From the NCBI GenBank assembly GCA_951406725.2, contig OX597816.1, positions 77,500,001-77,564,000 on the forward strand: a stretch of DNA of 64,000 bases, read 5' to 3'. The DNA comes from Octopus vulgaris. Taxonomy: Eukaryota. How positions within the stretch are numbered: the stretch's first letter is position 1; the number at the start of each line of letters is the position of its first letter. Under the pieces are notes generated by a model. The model did not search any database and was not told where the DNA came from. It was given only the letters and a program-made list of their open reading frames with translations. This document shows positions 24,644 through 39,165 of the stretch, piece by piece. Made by a program: the position numbers and the translations under genes.

Positions 24644-24879
24644 TATAAATTAATAATTTTACTTTTATGCTTGCTAGACACTTATCATCATTTATTATTA
24701 TTAATAATAATAATAATATACACACGCACACACAATGTATATTGTAAGTCGCTTATGACCATTTTGGTATGAAGCCTTTCCAGTAACGGTAGCCGACTGA
24801 TAAACATTAAGCACGTAAAATTTGTATCTCATTAATATTGAAAATAATACCCGAGTATATGGCTTGTATTATGTGTGTG

Positions 24880-25213
24880 TAGCCGATTTTCCGAACTTAG
24901 TACACAAAATGGCGGACAGAGTGTAACAAACTATTTCGTTTGAAAGCGAAAGGTAAACAAATAATCGTTAACTATCATCAAAATTCGCTAACAATCGGTA
25001 ATGAAAACGCTAATCGTAAAATACAGATGAATTATTCTATTTTAATGTTTGTTGGTTTTTATTATTAAACTGAACATTTTCACGACAGTAGACAAAAAAA
25101 AAATTACGAAACTAACTTTAGTTTACACACACACAACTTCTTTTCACTTTGAATCGGTGTAGTTTGTTTCACTTTGACCGCCATATTATGTGTACGGTGT
25201 TCGAAAGATCCCT
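24880..25213. mobile_element. MITE with ~50-bp degenerate TIRs
   Basis: CGAACTTAGTACACAAAATGGCGGACAGAGTGTAACAAACTA mirrors TAGTTTGTTTCACTTTGACCGCCATATTATGTGTACGGTGTTCG. Confidence 0.65.
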
Positions 25214-26195
25214 TCTGTGTGTGTGTGCATACGTTAATGCATGTATGTGTAAATATATCAGCATTATTTAACCTCAGTTCAATCCTTGAATAGACCTACC
25301 TATAACCGCCCTATAACCTATGACGTTCCAGCTGCGACTATCCCATCTTTTATTCACCCATAGATACAGTGTGTACGACTACATATATCCAAAGTGCTCC
25401 TTCTCTCTAGGGTATATGAGTCTGGGCTTATATTTCTAAGAGTCAGAGGAGCCCTTTCTCGCACCGGGTGTATTATTTAGCGTGAGATTGGCGTATTCTT
25501 TTATGCTTTTAAAGCTTTTCTTTTCTCTCCATCCCCTCCACAATTTTAGTTTCTTTTGCTTTCTTTTTAAGCTTCATTTTATTTGTAAGTTTCCCACTCT
25601 CGTTACATCACAATCTCATGTAAACGACACATATAAATACATTCCACCCCTCACGAAACATAATTACGTTTTTCAGGTTTTTCCCACTTCTATTTTCGAC
25701 TTAACACACATTTTTTTTCGATCGTGTGTTTCTTTCAATGCACACACAACAATTTTAGGATGGTTTTGTTAAATGATTTTCTGCTGGATACTCAGTAGGT
25801 CGTTATTAGAGAAGAAAATTACTCACCGAAGTGATCATTACTATATAAATATTCGTCTAGCAGATTTCTATTTATTTATTTAATGTATATAGTCCCAGCT
25901 TTAGGCAGAACAGATGTCTCATGCTCTGCAGTTTTTTTCTCTTCTCCACACTATTGTACTAGAGTAGTATGTGTATATCTTTCCTATATATATATATATA
26001 TACACATACTGTATAATTATTCTCATAAATCGTTCAAGGCATCTCTTAATTCGTCTAATCGAGGCTAGTTATTTGTGGTGCTATACCCAATGTCTAGGTG
26101 TAATATATGATAATAATGTAATCTCGAATTTAACTATGTCAATAACACATACACTTAGGGTTCTGGGTATCCAACGTATATTCACACACATTACT

Positions 26196-26246
<51 letters not shown>

Positions 26247-27489
26247 GTGTCTGTGTTTATGGCTATCCAGCTAAGGTTCGGGTGATCATGAAGCGTAGCT
26301 AATTCCTTTTTAAACTCGTCTCCTTCTCTTCAAGTTTCAGACGTGTTTAAAGGGACGTTATTGTAGTGTGAAACCCATAGAAACTGTGCAGGAGCGAGAG
26401 AAGGAATTAGGAATGTGTTTGCTGTGCCGTGTTACTGTGTAAGGATGACGTCGATAGCAATTATCAAGTCAATGAATTGAAGTGTTTTTTCTTTACTTAG
26501 TTTAGCAAGAAAATAAAAACAACAAAAAAACTAGTCATCTCTTATATACCATACTATGTATACGTGTGTATACATAGGCTTACACATGCTTAGGCGTGCA
26601 TGTATTGTGCAAGCTTTGCATTTGTAATATTTTGTATGAACATGGGTATAAGCTTGTTATGAATATCTTGATATATCTATCTACCTGTCCATTTATCTGT
26701 CTAATGTAAAAATTTTAACAAACAAACAGTTGTAATAATTTCGTATTTAGGGAAATAATACGCAATATTTCTTCACTTTTCGTGTCCGAATTGTCTTTGT
26801 CTTCGGAAAACACCTGGTATCCGCTTGCAAAGTAAATCATCCATTTAACATTAGCGTTTTCTTTTTCTTTTCACTGCACTAAATGGCAATATCACAGATG
26901 CAATGGAACGTCTTGTCTTCCCGTCACTATTCACCCAAATAGCTCAGATACAGTCCACAAGGTTTAGTTGCTTTCTTCCATCTCCCACATTCATCTGCAC
27001 ACCGCCATAATTTGTCTAGTTTGATCGTTTCTCGTTATTTTTGTCTGTCTTTCTGATTCAGTGTTGTGTTTACTATTCCGCTTTCCTTCTTTATTTACAA
27101 AATATAATCGAAATGCAGCATTAACTATTAATTCTAAGGCAACAATATATAAACAATAGAAAGGAAATGGGACATTGGTCTCCATTTATCTGTCTGTCTC
27201 TCTCTTTCTCAACACACACTAAAAAACATGTAAGCAAAATATAATTTCCCACATTGGTACACGAACATAAATGTGTAGGGAGTATATTTAGTTGATTAAA
27301 TCACCTCCATTACATATCGGTAACATCCTTTTTATCGAGCTCTGTGGAATAATAATGATTTCTTTTATTTGCCACCAAGGTGAAGGATGAGGGGGGGACA
27401 ATACAAAGACAGACATAAAGTGTGGAGGTTTTCATATAATGGAATGATAAAAAAAAAGAAGCGAAGATGATGATAATAATTCTTTCTGC

Positions 27490-27880
27490 TAAAGGCACGA
27501 GGCTTCAAATTTTTGGGGAGAGGCTAGTCGTTACATCGACCTCAGTGGTATTTATTTTATCGACCCCGAAAGGATGAAAAGCGAAGTCGACCTCGACGGA
27601 ATTTGAACTCAGAATGTAAAGACGGACGAAATACCGCTAAGCATTTTGCCTGGAGTGTTAACGTTTCTGTCAGCTCGAATAATAATAATGATGATTTCAA
27701 ATTATGGCAGGGGAAGGCGTAAGTCGACCCTAGTGATCAACTGGTACTTACTTCAACGACCCACAAAGGATAAAAGGCAAAGTTGACCTCGGCGGAATTT
27801 GAATTCAGAACATAAAAAGCCGGAAGAAATACTGATAAGCATTTTGTCTGACGTTTCAATGATTCTGCCAGTTTGCTACC
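27490..27880 (-). mobile_element. Tandem SINE family B copies
   Basis: Two copies (~27490-27677 and ~27695-27880) separated by AATAATAAT; a third degraded copy lies at ~27240-27345. Confidence 0.8.
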
Positions 27881-27894
27881 ATTATTATTTGCAA

Positions 27895-28092
27895 ATGGCA
27901 CCCATGCTGGTGGCACATAAAAATACCCATTACATTCTTGGAGTGGTTGGCGTTAGGAAGGTCATCCATCTGTAGAAACTATGCCAAATCAGACTCGAGT
28001 CTTGTGCAGCCTTCCTGCTTGCCAGCCCTGGTCAAACCGTCCAACCCTTACCAGCATGGACAATGGATGTTAAATAATGATGATTATGATGA
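27895..28092 (+). mobile_element. RTE 3' tail fragment
   Basis: GAGTGGTTGGCGTTAGGAAGG...GTCAAACCGTCCAACCC...GATGATTATGATGA. Confidence 0.8.
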
Positions 28093-28624
28093 GAGAGTAG
28101 CATTTATTTTCATTCAGATGTAGTTGAGCTCCAAATCTGCTTCTAATCAAGCAAGCAGACCAATGATGAAAGGCATTTCAACTGTGACCATCCCATTTTT
28201 TATAAATTCCATTTTATTTAACATAGTGTACCTGGGATTATATTATCTAACATCCCTTTTTCAAGATTGTGAAGTAGAAAATACACAGCATTGCTAAATT
28301 AATTACATTTTTTTTTATGCATTCTTTTCATGTAAAATCACCTCTTAATTAATTTCATTTATATTTTGAATTTTCTTGATATCTGAAGTTTATATTTAGT
28401 TGTATTAGGAGAACTGTTTCTTCACAAACTGGTTTTGTGGGAGAGGGTATTGAAATTAGAATTTCTTTGGTCTTTTGTTTTTTTTTTTTTACATATTCTT
28501 CAAGGAATAATGTAACATTTCTGCTTTTCATTACATTGTAGCATTATTTTCAGCTGTTATGATGGCTTCTATCTTAGATTGTATATTTTTCATATCGCAT
28601 GGACTTTCTTTTATGCTATTCCTT

Positions 28625-28810
28625 ATGTTGTGGTTTAACCCCAAGTCAGCACTAATCAGACATGCCTTACAATCAAAGGCATTTCAACTCTGATTATCCC
28701 ATGTTCCCTACTAAATTACTTTACTTTTTTAAGATTGTTGGTTATAATTTGGACGAGATTTCGCTGCTTTTTCTGTTAGGTTGATTGATATTAGAGGCTC
28801 TTTTGTGTGG
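28625..28810 (+). repeat. Old ~200-bp interspersed repeat, here called family E (representative copy)
   Basis: AACCCCAAGTCAGC...ATCAAAGGCATTTCAACT...AAGATTGTTGG...GAGATTTCGCTGCTTTTTCTG...AGAGGCTC; about a dozen diverged copies on both strands. Confidence 0.6.
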
Positions 28811-30054
28811 AGTCATTCAATTGATTAGGTTTTAGTAAATGTTTTTTTCTCCCCTGCCTAATATAATTTTCTGCATATTTGTATTTAGTTCTATATTTTC
28901 TCAAGTGTAGAGTTTATATTTTGATTTGAAATCTCACTACAGTGAGCTTTGCATTCCATTCTTCCAGAATCAATAAAATATCAGCCAAGTACTAGGGTTC
29001 AACTAATTGACTGTGTCCACCTTTATTTTTCCCCCAAAGACCTGACACACCTTCAAATTTTAGCTTAAGTTTGTATCATTTATTGTATCAATCTTCACTT
29101 CAGGTAGATTAACCTGTGTTTGTGAGACAGCCAGCCTAAGGCATCAGATTAAAGATTTTCTTTATTTTTCTTTCGTTCTGTATGGAACAATGAAAAGAAA
29201 TGCTTCTTTGGTTGCCATTGAAAGTTGATATTTGTTTATATTATAAAACTTTTCATTTGTTTTTGTTATTGTTACAAATGTAGTCAGTTATTAACAAAAG
29301 CATAGCCTGATAATACTTTGAAGTTTGGTGTCAAGTTCAAGTGAAGAGTAACATGTTTCAGTTAGTGGTAGTCTGATTTGACCTACATCTACCTCACTTA
29401 GGGACTTGCTTCATGTGAGTGATAGTGTTAAATCTGATTTATCTGTATCTAGGAGATTGTGTACACAGCAGTGTCAGTCTAATTTCAGAAATACAATTAT
29501 TTCTATAACTCGAGTGTCTCACAATTTCCTGATTAAGCCATTTCTCGTCATGTACTTAGGGCCCTCACCTGTAACCAGCTATAGTCAATAACCTGGAGTT
29601 GGCATTGACTCCATTTTGATTTATTTTACTTAACGTTTTCTCTCACTTCATGAAGATAACAGTTTCCTTTAGTGTGGGGTTGACACAGTAAGTGTAAAGA
29701 TACTTTGTGTGAATACACATACGCGCGTGCACACACACTTTCCTGTACATTTGTATTGTACTTCATATTTATTTTCAAGTACAGCATCTTTTATGCACTG
29801 TGTTCAAAACCCATTTGGGTCAGCTTTATCTTTATTCTTCTGCAGTCAATGAGATAAGAATCAGTTAAGAACTGGTGTTAATATAATCAACTGTACAATC
29901 TTGTAAAATTTATGGCCTCTTGCTTTTGTTAGAAATTGATAATATATTTGGATGTTGTTAGGGCTGACGTTTAGAGAGACATCGAAATATGTAAATGAGC
30001 AAGTTTTTTTTTTTAGTTTCCATTTTTCTTTTTTCAAAATCCAATAATCTGGCT

Positions 30055-30537
<483 letters not shown>

Positions 30538-31769
30538 TATATATATATATATATTCTCTCTAGTTTCAGCTCAGAGCTGTGGCCATGCTGATGCACTGCC
30601 GTATATATAGTATTGCATTATGTTAGGTTTGCTGTGGTGCAAAGTGTTTAAATCTAAGAGCAAGATTATCAAACTCACTTCGTAGTGCAAATACAATTTA
30701 TAAGCTGTTATTAAAAAGACATGGTGAAAACTTTCTGTTCAATAATTTTTTTTTATCTAATAATTATCATAAGAGATATGAAGTGGCACATATTTATCTG
30801 TTTTTCTGCATGTAAAGTCTAATAATGATAGCTATGCAATTGGTTGTATGTATATATTCCTTAAAACATATATGCCACCATTTTTACTCATTGTTACCTA
30901 GTAAACAGGCTATTAGTTTATTAGCAACCAATCAATGTTTATTGTTCTCCTTCAAGTGTGTATGCATCAGTCGGTTGATGTTTGTCTAATTACATACATC
31001 AATGCTGGAGAGATTAGCTATTTTTCACACATACACACCAAGCAAACAAGGGAGCCTCAGCAAGACTACTTAACCTACTGGGAATAACAGCCAAATCTCT
31101 GTTCTGTCTTAAATAAGCTGAGGACATGTTAGATATTGTAGTTTTAGATGCACCTAGAAAAATAAGATGACTATTCCTGGAAAGCCTGTTCTTGATCATC
31201 CTGTATATTACAAAGTTGACCTGGCATTAAACAAAAGAAACACATCACCACCACCATCATCATCATTTTAATGTTCACTTTCTTTTGCTTGCATGGACTT
31301 CATAGAATTTGTTTTAGCAGGTTTTCTATATCACCAGATGCCTTTCTTGTTGCCAACTCTTATCTGTTTCTTCCAAGCAATTAATAATTCCCCATGGTTG
31401 GACATGCTTTCATGGAAGATTGGAAATGAAGGTCACTGCATTTATGATACTGATGCTAATTTACTACTAATCACATAAGGCCAGGACAAAGAAACACCAG
31501 CACACTCATACACACACTTGTATACACATACATACATTACATGCACAACTACGTACATATGAACAGACAGACATCAGGCTACTTTCATTTTCCGTTTGCC
31601 CAATCTGCTCACAAAGCTTTTGTTGCATGGAAGATACTTCCTTAAGGTGCCATGCAGTGAACCTGAGACCAGGTATTTGAAAAGTGAACTTCTTTACCAC
31701 ACAACCATGCCTAGTAATATTTGAGTTCAACACTAAGTCAGTGAACTTACTTGTCAGTTAACCCTTTAA

Positions 31770-32044
31770 CCCCTTACTTGGCAAAGATGAGTTGTCTTCA
31801 CCCAATATATCTTTTTCAGAGTGTGATGAGTAAAATCGTCCAAAACATGCAGGCATTTCTTGGCTTTTATCTTTATCTTTTTTAAATACAAATTACACCC
31901 AGATTTCAGGCTCAGAAGATGACAATGAGTATGAACTTTCTATTAGAAACTTGGATACATCAGATGAGAATACAAGCTTGTCTAATTAAAAAAAATTGTC
32001 TGAAAATGAAACATTTTCTCCAAAAAAAGTTGCTGGGAAAGGGG
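31770..32044. mobile_element. piggyBac-type non-autonomous element
   Basis: TTAA|CCCCTTACTTGGCAA ... TTGCTGGGAAAGGGG|TTAA; internal acidic stretch ISGSEDDNEYELS resembles a transposase N-terminus. Confidence 0.65.
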
Positions 32045-32048
32045 TTAA

Positions 32049-32260
32049 GGTGGTGAGCTGGTTGAATTGTTAAGCATGCCAGGCAAAATGCTGAGTGGTA
32101 TTTCATCCGTCTTCACATTCTGAGTTCAAATTCTGCCGAGGTCAACTTAACCTTTCACCCTTTCGGGGTTGATAAAAAAAGTGCCAGTTGAGCTTTGGGG
32201 TTGATGTAATCGATTTGCCCCATCCCCTAAGTTGCTGGCCCTGTGTCAAAATATGAAACC
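32049..32260 (+). mobile_element. SINE family B
   Basis: GGTGGTGAGCTGG...TTCTGAGTTCAAATTCTGCCGAGGTCAAC...CCTTTCACCCTTTCGGGGTTGATAAA. Confidence 0.85.
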
Positions 32261-32270
32261 AGTTACTTAA

Positions 32271-32491
32271 CCCTTTAGCATTCAGATTTCTTTGCCAAAT
32301 GTATTACTTATTTATTCACATTGTTTTGAATTAGTCATGCATTATCTTATTGTTTCAAGATGTCAATGGTGGGTTTGTATATTTTTAGAATGGCATTGTA
32401 GGGTAGGTATGAGAGGCTGGACCATGTCAATTTTAACAAAAATTAAGTAGAATATTTGGGCTGGATATAGCCGGATAAAATGCTAAAGGGG
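32271..32491. mobile_element. piggyBac-type MITE, family 1
   Basis: TTAA|CCCTTTAGCATT ... AATGCTAAAGGGG|TTAA; second copy at 59132-59352. Confidence 0.85.
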
Positions 32492-33073
32492 TTAATAATC
32501 CCATTCTTTAGCTATTGTAAAGAGTATTAATGATATCTCTTTACAGTTAGGTGGGCTGTATCAAATAACTTAGTCAAATACATAACACTACTTGTGACAT
32601 GAATTTTCAAGCCTTACAACTGTTGGCTCTCCCCACTACAGTTTCAAGCTAACAAGTTTTGTCTCTTAGTTCAGTATAGTACAGCTAAAATGTTACTTTC
32701 TATTGTCCTGCTTGGAAACATGTGAAGGTTGACAGCAGGAAGGGCATCTGACCATAGAAAAATTTACTTAGAAAAATTCTATCTGACCCATGCAAGCATG
32801 GACAAGTGTGTGTCAAAATGATAATTATCATAATTACATCATTAATTATAATTAATGATGTAATTTATCTTATGAACAGCTGAATTTAACCTAAAAAGTA
32901 ATTTTTCTAACTTCAAAGTATTAATGGTACTAAACTGTAATGTTTATCATTGAGTGTTTATTTAATTGCTAGATTGGACAGTAGTTTGGAGAGCTTTTGT
33001 CAATTTATTGATGTTGCATAAGTTCACGAGCAGTGTGGAGATAAGGATTCTGACGTTTCTGGCAAAGGCCTTT

Positions 33074-33076
<3 letters not shown>

Positions 33077-33115
<39 letters not shown>
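33077..33115. repeat. (GA)n microsatellite
   Basis: Direct inspection. Confidence 0.95.
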
Positions 33116-33119
<4 letters not shown>

Positions 33120-33606
33120 AACATTCTTTTAAATGTTTATGGATTGAGAATATAAGCTTTTCAAAATTGTGCAGGGGTGGAAAGATAAGAAAAATTAGAA
33201 TAGTGAAGGTTAGAATTTATTTGAAAATAGCATAGATTGACATCAACTGAACTAGTGCATATGCGCTATAGAGAAGAGTTTTAGCTAATATAGATGCCTA
33301 GTGTAATGCAAGCAAGCTTATTTGCAGGTAGGAGAGAAAGAAGTAGATACTTCTTTATGGTGTGGTGTAAATCTTAAGTGAATTGTCTCAAATTTGATGT
33401 AAGTGTAGTGATGTGCTATATAATATAATGAACATTGAATAAAATCCAGAGCCTAAGGAAACTATTGGTGGTTTGAATTGGCAAAGATCATATAGTAAAA
33501 TACACAAAGTGAATAAGCTTGCTTGTATGTTTTGTACTTGAGAAAATGATACTTATAAATGGGCAATTTGATTTTGAAACATTTTCCTATTAGAAAAGAT
33601 ACTTAA

Positions 33607-33804
33607 CCCTTTCGTTACTGTATTACTGTTGAGATGCTCTGTGTTTCTATAATGAAGAATTTAGTAAAATAACTTGGTTATCATTTAGCTAGTGTTAGGC
33701 GCATAAATTGCAACTAAGGTTTGGTGGAAGATTTTAATTCAAAACTTATGAAAACAAGACATTTGTATTCAGAGCCAGTTTCAGCCGGGTTGGTAACGAA
33801 AGGG
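33607..33804. mobile_element. piggyBac-type MITE, family 2
   Basis: TTAA|CCCTTTCGTTAC ... GTAACGAAAGGG|TTAA, a perfect 12-bp TIR with TTAA target duplication; inverted copy at 57709-57928. Confidence 0.9.
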
Positions 33805-34374
33805 TTAAGCTATCTAAAGCTTTACAAAAATCTCCCAAATTCTCACCTCTCACTCTTGTATGCATCATGAATTATTTAAATAAAATTTTATGAATTTTTA
33901 GACAAAAGTAGTGTTTCTATATTACCGTAACACTTTATCTTAATAGGACATACGTGATTTTAAATGTTTGTGTGATTTATTTTAAAATACAGTGCCTATT
34001 TATTAGTCCCTTCATGTGTACTATTTTGTGTAGGAATTTAACAAATTTTGTTGGTTTTTCTCATTAGAAAGCCGAGGCAACCTTGTAGTTTTATCTGTTG
34101 CTATGTTTGAGTGGCCTCTTGTTTGTGTTTTGTAAAACAAAATTACTGCTTTCTTGATAGGTCATGTGATCTTATAGAGACTCTCTCATTGGCTAATAAT
34201 ATTTTCTCAGCATTATGCTGTATCATCTCAAAAGAATTAACTTTCACATTACTTGTAGGAAGTGTTAATTCATTTCATTTATTATGTATTTTTGCAGTAG
34301 AACACTTGACTAAATCTATTTAGTTTTATCTCTCTAGAAGTTCAAAACTTGCTGGGGTTAACTTGAATTTTTAT

Positions 34375-34686
34375 CTTTTATCTTTTACTTGTTTCAGTCA
34401 TTGAACTGTAACCATGCTGAGGGATTTTCCTTCAAATGTATCAATCCCAGAGTTTATTTTTAAACTTGGTACTCATTCTATTAGTCTCTTTTGCTGAATC
34501 TCTAAGTTATGGGAACATAAACCAGCACTGGTTGTCAGGCAGTGATAATGAACAAACACACACATACACACATGGCTTAGGTCAGTCTGAGGCTATAGTA
34601 AAAGACATTTGCCCTTGTACCACACAGTGGGACTGAACTGAAAATCATGTGGTTGGGAAGCAAACTTCTTACCACACTGCCATGCT
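34375..34686 (-). mobile_element. SINE family A
   Basis: CTTTTACTTGTTTCAGTCATT ... CATGTGGTTGGGAAGCAAACTTCTTACCACAC. Confidence 0.8.
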
Positions 34687-36742
34687 AACAAAATTGTATT
34701 TTTTACTTCACTTTTTGATTTACCAAAATACCAGTCAAATACTGGAGTCACATCAGTCAGTCATAAAACTGCTCTCCACATTTTATGCCAGAGTGAGAAA
34801 TCAATGTACTTGATTAACTTCAGGTGCAATATTTCTTTTTCTTATTTAATTTTTTTTTTGGTTTGGGTTGAACTCATATATTTTATTTGTAGTCCAGGGT
34901 TATGTTGCTCTTATTCATTATGCTAAGGATATATTTATTTATGGAATTACAGCACTCAAAGAATATTGAAGAAAATATTGATTTATTGATAAAGGAGATA
35001 GAAACACATGCAGCACCCTCACAAATCTCAAACAGAGAATCTAGTTTGTCGTTGCTTTTTTAATCATTAGTTGAAATTACTATTGGCTGTAAGCTGGTGG
35101 TGATGGGGATGTTCTCTTGGTAACTAGCTGAGTTGTGCATTTTGTCATGCACATGCACAACCAGATATTGACAAATATGCTGTCACAAATAAAGAGCAAC
35201 AAGATAACATCATTGCTTTTGTTCATTCATATCCGAAAGAATGCTCTATTTAGCACGAAACTCGAAAGCCATTGCAAAATAGTAATTTTTGCATGTGCAC
35301 TCACACGCACACGCACCTTTCTCTCTCTCTCTCTAAGAATATCATGGAGTGAGAAGAACAAACTTGTAGAGAGGCTCCTGTTGAATTTTGATTCATCATT
35401 TTCATATTCCCCAACTCAGGACCCATAGTTTAACATACCGTAATAAAAGGCAAGGCCAGTTATGAAAAATTATGTTGCTATAAAAGACATTAACACCCTA
35501 AGTGAATACAGCTTGGCCAATTAGATCACTTGTTGTGTAACCAAGTGAGCTGGAATCTTCCCATCACATAACCTGGTTAAACATTCTAGAAACTCAGTTG
35601 GGTGTTATAAAATTTGAATCTTCAGACAGAATGGCTTGAGGTGTTACTTGAAGCTATGTCAGTTGGCTTTGTGATAAGGCATTCTCATTTGTTCTACTTA
35701 ATCTGTTCTCCATGATTATAAATTGTCTTTGTGTTACTATTTAGCATATTATGCAGTGAAAACTTGTACTTATTCCATTTGATATCTCTTGAATGCAGTT
35801 CTATTTATTCAACTGTTGTATATATGTAAATACAAATGTTCCAAGTTCATAAAAATGTATGAGAACTAATACCAATATTAGTAAGGTCATTATGAACATA
35901 ACACACAACCCACTAAATGTTGCTTTTAATCGATAACTATTTAACAACCTTAATACCTCACCAAAACTCATTAATATTGTCTATCATGTGAGCTGTGTTC
36001 CAGATGTCTTGTGTCCTTATTTAAAAAAAAACAACCCATAGTATGTGATTTGAGAGAAAAATAGCTGTTATTTCTACCAGTTCACTTTTATACTCTTTTA
36101 CATCTTTCGTTATGGAACCACTTGCGTGATCAGTTTAATAAGAAATGATTATTATTTATTACAAACTTGACAATTGTAATATCTCTTTTTCAAAATGTCA
36201 TTATTTTATATGACATTCTTATTGCACCTAAAATTACTGACTCAGATATACTGTTTTTCCATTGATTGTTATATATATATATGTATGTATGTATGTAAAC
36301 ACACACATGCATATTATTGAATGAGGGAGGTACAAAATGAGTACAAAAAATATAATCAGTTGTAAATATGCTGAATAATCAAGGCTTAGACAGATAATCT
36401 ATATTGAGCTTCTTCTATATTTATTTTCCTCATTTTTATCAGTAATTGATTAATAATTTTCTTATACCTTCTTATTCATGAACCAAAATTAGGTAAAATA
36501 ATTAAATAAATAAGGATCTGAAATCCAACTGAAAGTTCACTAGGTTTATTTAATTTTTTTTTTTAACATTCCAATTTGAGTTTTGACTTCAACCGCAGTT
36601 GAAGGTTTTGTTGTATTTGAAACCTGGCCCTGTTTGAAACAAGTATTTTCACATTGAAATAATTCTTAATATCAGTGTATATGAATAAATAAATTGAAAT
36701 TTGCAATTCCTGACATTCTAAACATGACTTTGAATGTCATAA

Positions 36743-37574
36743 TCTACTACATATGTGGGGAATTCTGTCTGTGTTTGTGGAGTTGTTAGCTAACTCCTCC
36801 AACATCATTTTATCAATTTTGATGAAACTTGACACTTGAGTAGAACTCATGTCTGGAAACCTCATGGTATACTCAGATTGTTGAAAATATCAACAATAGG
36901 GTCTCTGGAAGGGATCATTCTATATATCTAATATATTTTATCTTAAAAGCCAAAGGAAATAACCCATTCGGCCCTGGAAGGGATCCTTATATATAGCCAA
37001 GGGAAATAACCCATTCATTTTCCTAAATTATTTGGTAATATTCTCTGGGAATGCACAAAAGCCCTTTTCAGAGTTATTTACTTTGAATTGTTATTATCTC
37101 ATATCTGATTAGCCTGTTATTATGTAACATCCTTCACAATTTTAGTATACATACCTTACGAGTATTTCCTCCTATGTTCTATATAGTCTGATAACATATT
37201 AATGCCCTTTTCGGGGCTACTTTATTTGAATTCTTACTATCGGGTAACTAATTTCATATTATTAGATAATTGACATCACAATTTGGGAATTCCTAAAATC
37301 AAGGTCCTGTGTAAGACAGTTCAGTATTCTCTGTAAATGCACAAAAACCATTTTAAGGGCTACATACTTTGTATTATTGTTATTGGATAAGACCGGAGCC
37401 TGGTGCAGCCTTCTGGCTTCCCAGATCCCCGGTCAAACCGTCCAACCCATGCTAACATGGAGAACGGACGTTAAACGATGATGATGATGATGATGATGAT
37501 TAGCGAAACAATTATGGGAATGGAACCAAGGGACAAGCCCCACTCTCCTGGGAATTACTGGGTACATCAGCTAG
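36743..37574 (+). mobile_element. Non-autonomous Helitron with nested RTE tail
   Basis: A|TCTACTAC 5' end and degenerate hairpin followed by CTAG|T 3' end; internal short direct repeats; CpG-intact RTE tail inserted at 37388-37500. Confidence 0.65.
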
Positions 37575-38418
37575 TGTATTTAATATAAGCATATATGCTT
37601 CATTAGCTTTGAAGGATTTTTTGAGTTTCACACATAAAACAGATGAGAAATGATATTCCTATGGATAGAATGACAGTATTTAGCAATTAACATTCTCAGG
37701 TGATCTAAGACTTATTATGAGCAGCAAGATGAACTTAGGCAATAAACTGTGTCCTGCCCAGAAAAATATGAGATGTATATAGTAGTTATTGTTGTTGCTT
37801 CACTTAAGAAACTTGTTCTTTATTGACCACATTCAATCAGAGCAGTTGCTCAGTTCTTGGTCAGTCATAAAGATCAAGTAGATTTATGATTAATGGTGTA
37901 CAAGCTGTAACCATTCTGTCTTTTTACACATACTGTGACCATTTTGTCTTTTTTTAGACGTATGGTGTTCAAAGTGGTCTTCCTTTTCCAAGACAGGACT
38001 GATATATCTAGCAGTTGACTGCCTATGAGCTCCTTCATCAACTTGAGTAATGTATTGTTTAGCTTTGATCTAAACATTTAGAGTGCTGTTCCATTTTCAG
38101 GATGGAAGGAATTTGACTGCTATTCCTTGCAGGTTGATTGACCACATAAAGACTCCCTCTTTGCTTAGTATTTATGGCAAAAGGTGTTTCTAAACCCCAC
38201 CCCTGCTTTTTTTTAATTTTTATCAAGGATGATGAATAATGAATTCTAGTGTTTCTAAATATAGTTCCATTGAATTCACTGAATGGACAAATAATTGTGA
38301 AATTGTAAGGTGTGTGGAGGAAATGTGATGTTGTTGGAGGAAACTCTTTTGTATAGTTTTGAATATTAAGTACCTAAGAATAGACAATGTTAAAAGAGGA
38401 ATAAAGCTTGCTAGCTGC

Positions 38419-38630
38419 TAACCCTTTTGATACCAACCTGCCAAATACTGCCTCTGGTTCTATGATACAAACTTCATGTTTAAAGTGATCGAAATTAAAT
38501 CCTTCCATCAAAATTCCATCTTCATTTATGTTCCAAACACTGGTTTAATAATGTTTATATTCCTAATTCTTCATTATTTTCAAAATTGATTGAAACAAGG
38601 TCAGTGTTTTTCAACAGAAATATGGCAAGA
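38419..38630. mobile_element. Older relative of piggyBac MITE family 2
   Basis: TAACCCTTTTGATACCAACC start and colinear internal similarity to 57709-57928; a similar relic lies at ~41245-41478. Confidence 0.5.
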
Positions 38631-38829
38631 ATAGTGGTACAAAGTCTCGGTAGCATCAGTCATAGTCAGTGAGAGCAACAGTAACTGATAATCCTAGAGG
38701 TCATTTTTTGAACAGAGAATATTGCTGGTTTGTTTTATTCCTGTTATTATGGAATAGTTTGGAGAGTGGAGGAATCAGGTTTATATATAATACATTTGAA
38801 TGTATAATTTTAAAATAAAAGAAAAATTT

Positions 38830-39165
38830 GTAGCTGTGTTCCATTGTATGGTACAGTCTCAAGCTGCCCAATGCCTTGTTTGTGAATTTGGTAGACAAAC
38901 TGCATGGAAGCCTATCTTATACACACATACATGCATACATATATACATACATATGTATATGTGTGTTTGCAATGTTGTGCTTGCATTCCACTGCTTGATG
39001 ACTAGTTTTGGTTTGTTTATTTCCACATGTCATAGTAATTTGGCAAAGAGATTGATAGAATAAATGCCAGACTTAAGATAGGTACTGGGGTCAATTTGGT
39101 CAAGTAAACCCTTTAAGGTGGGTGCCCAAACTTGACTGCAGTCCAGTGACCGGTATGAGTAAAAA
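38830..39165 (+). mobile_element. SINE family A, degraded
   Basis: GCCTTGTTTGTGAATTTGGTAGAC...TTGGCAAAGAGATTGATAGAATAA...GTACTGGGGTCAATTTG. Confidence 0.65.

Larger units (their letters stand above)
23280..27880. promoter_or_regulatory. CpG-retaining (probably unmethylated) domain; candidate promoter region
   Basis: CG dinucleotides are visibly more frequent than in the flanks. Contains CRE-like TGACGTC at 26446, YY1-like ATGGCGG motifs, and a minus-strand splice-donor match CG|GTGAGT at 25827/25826. Confidence 0.45.
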
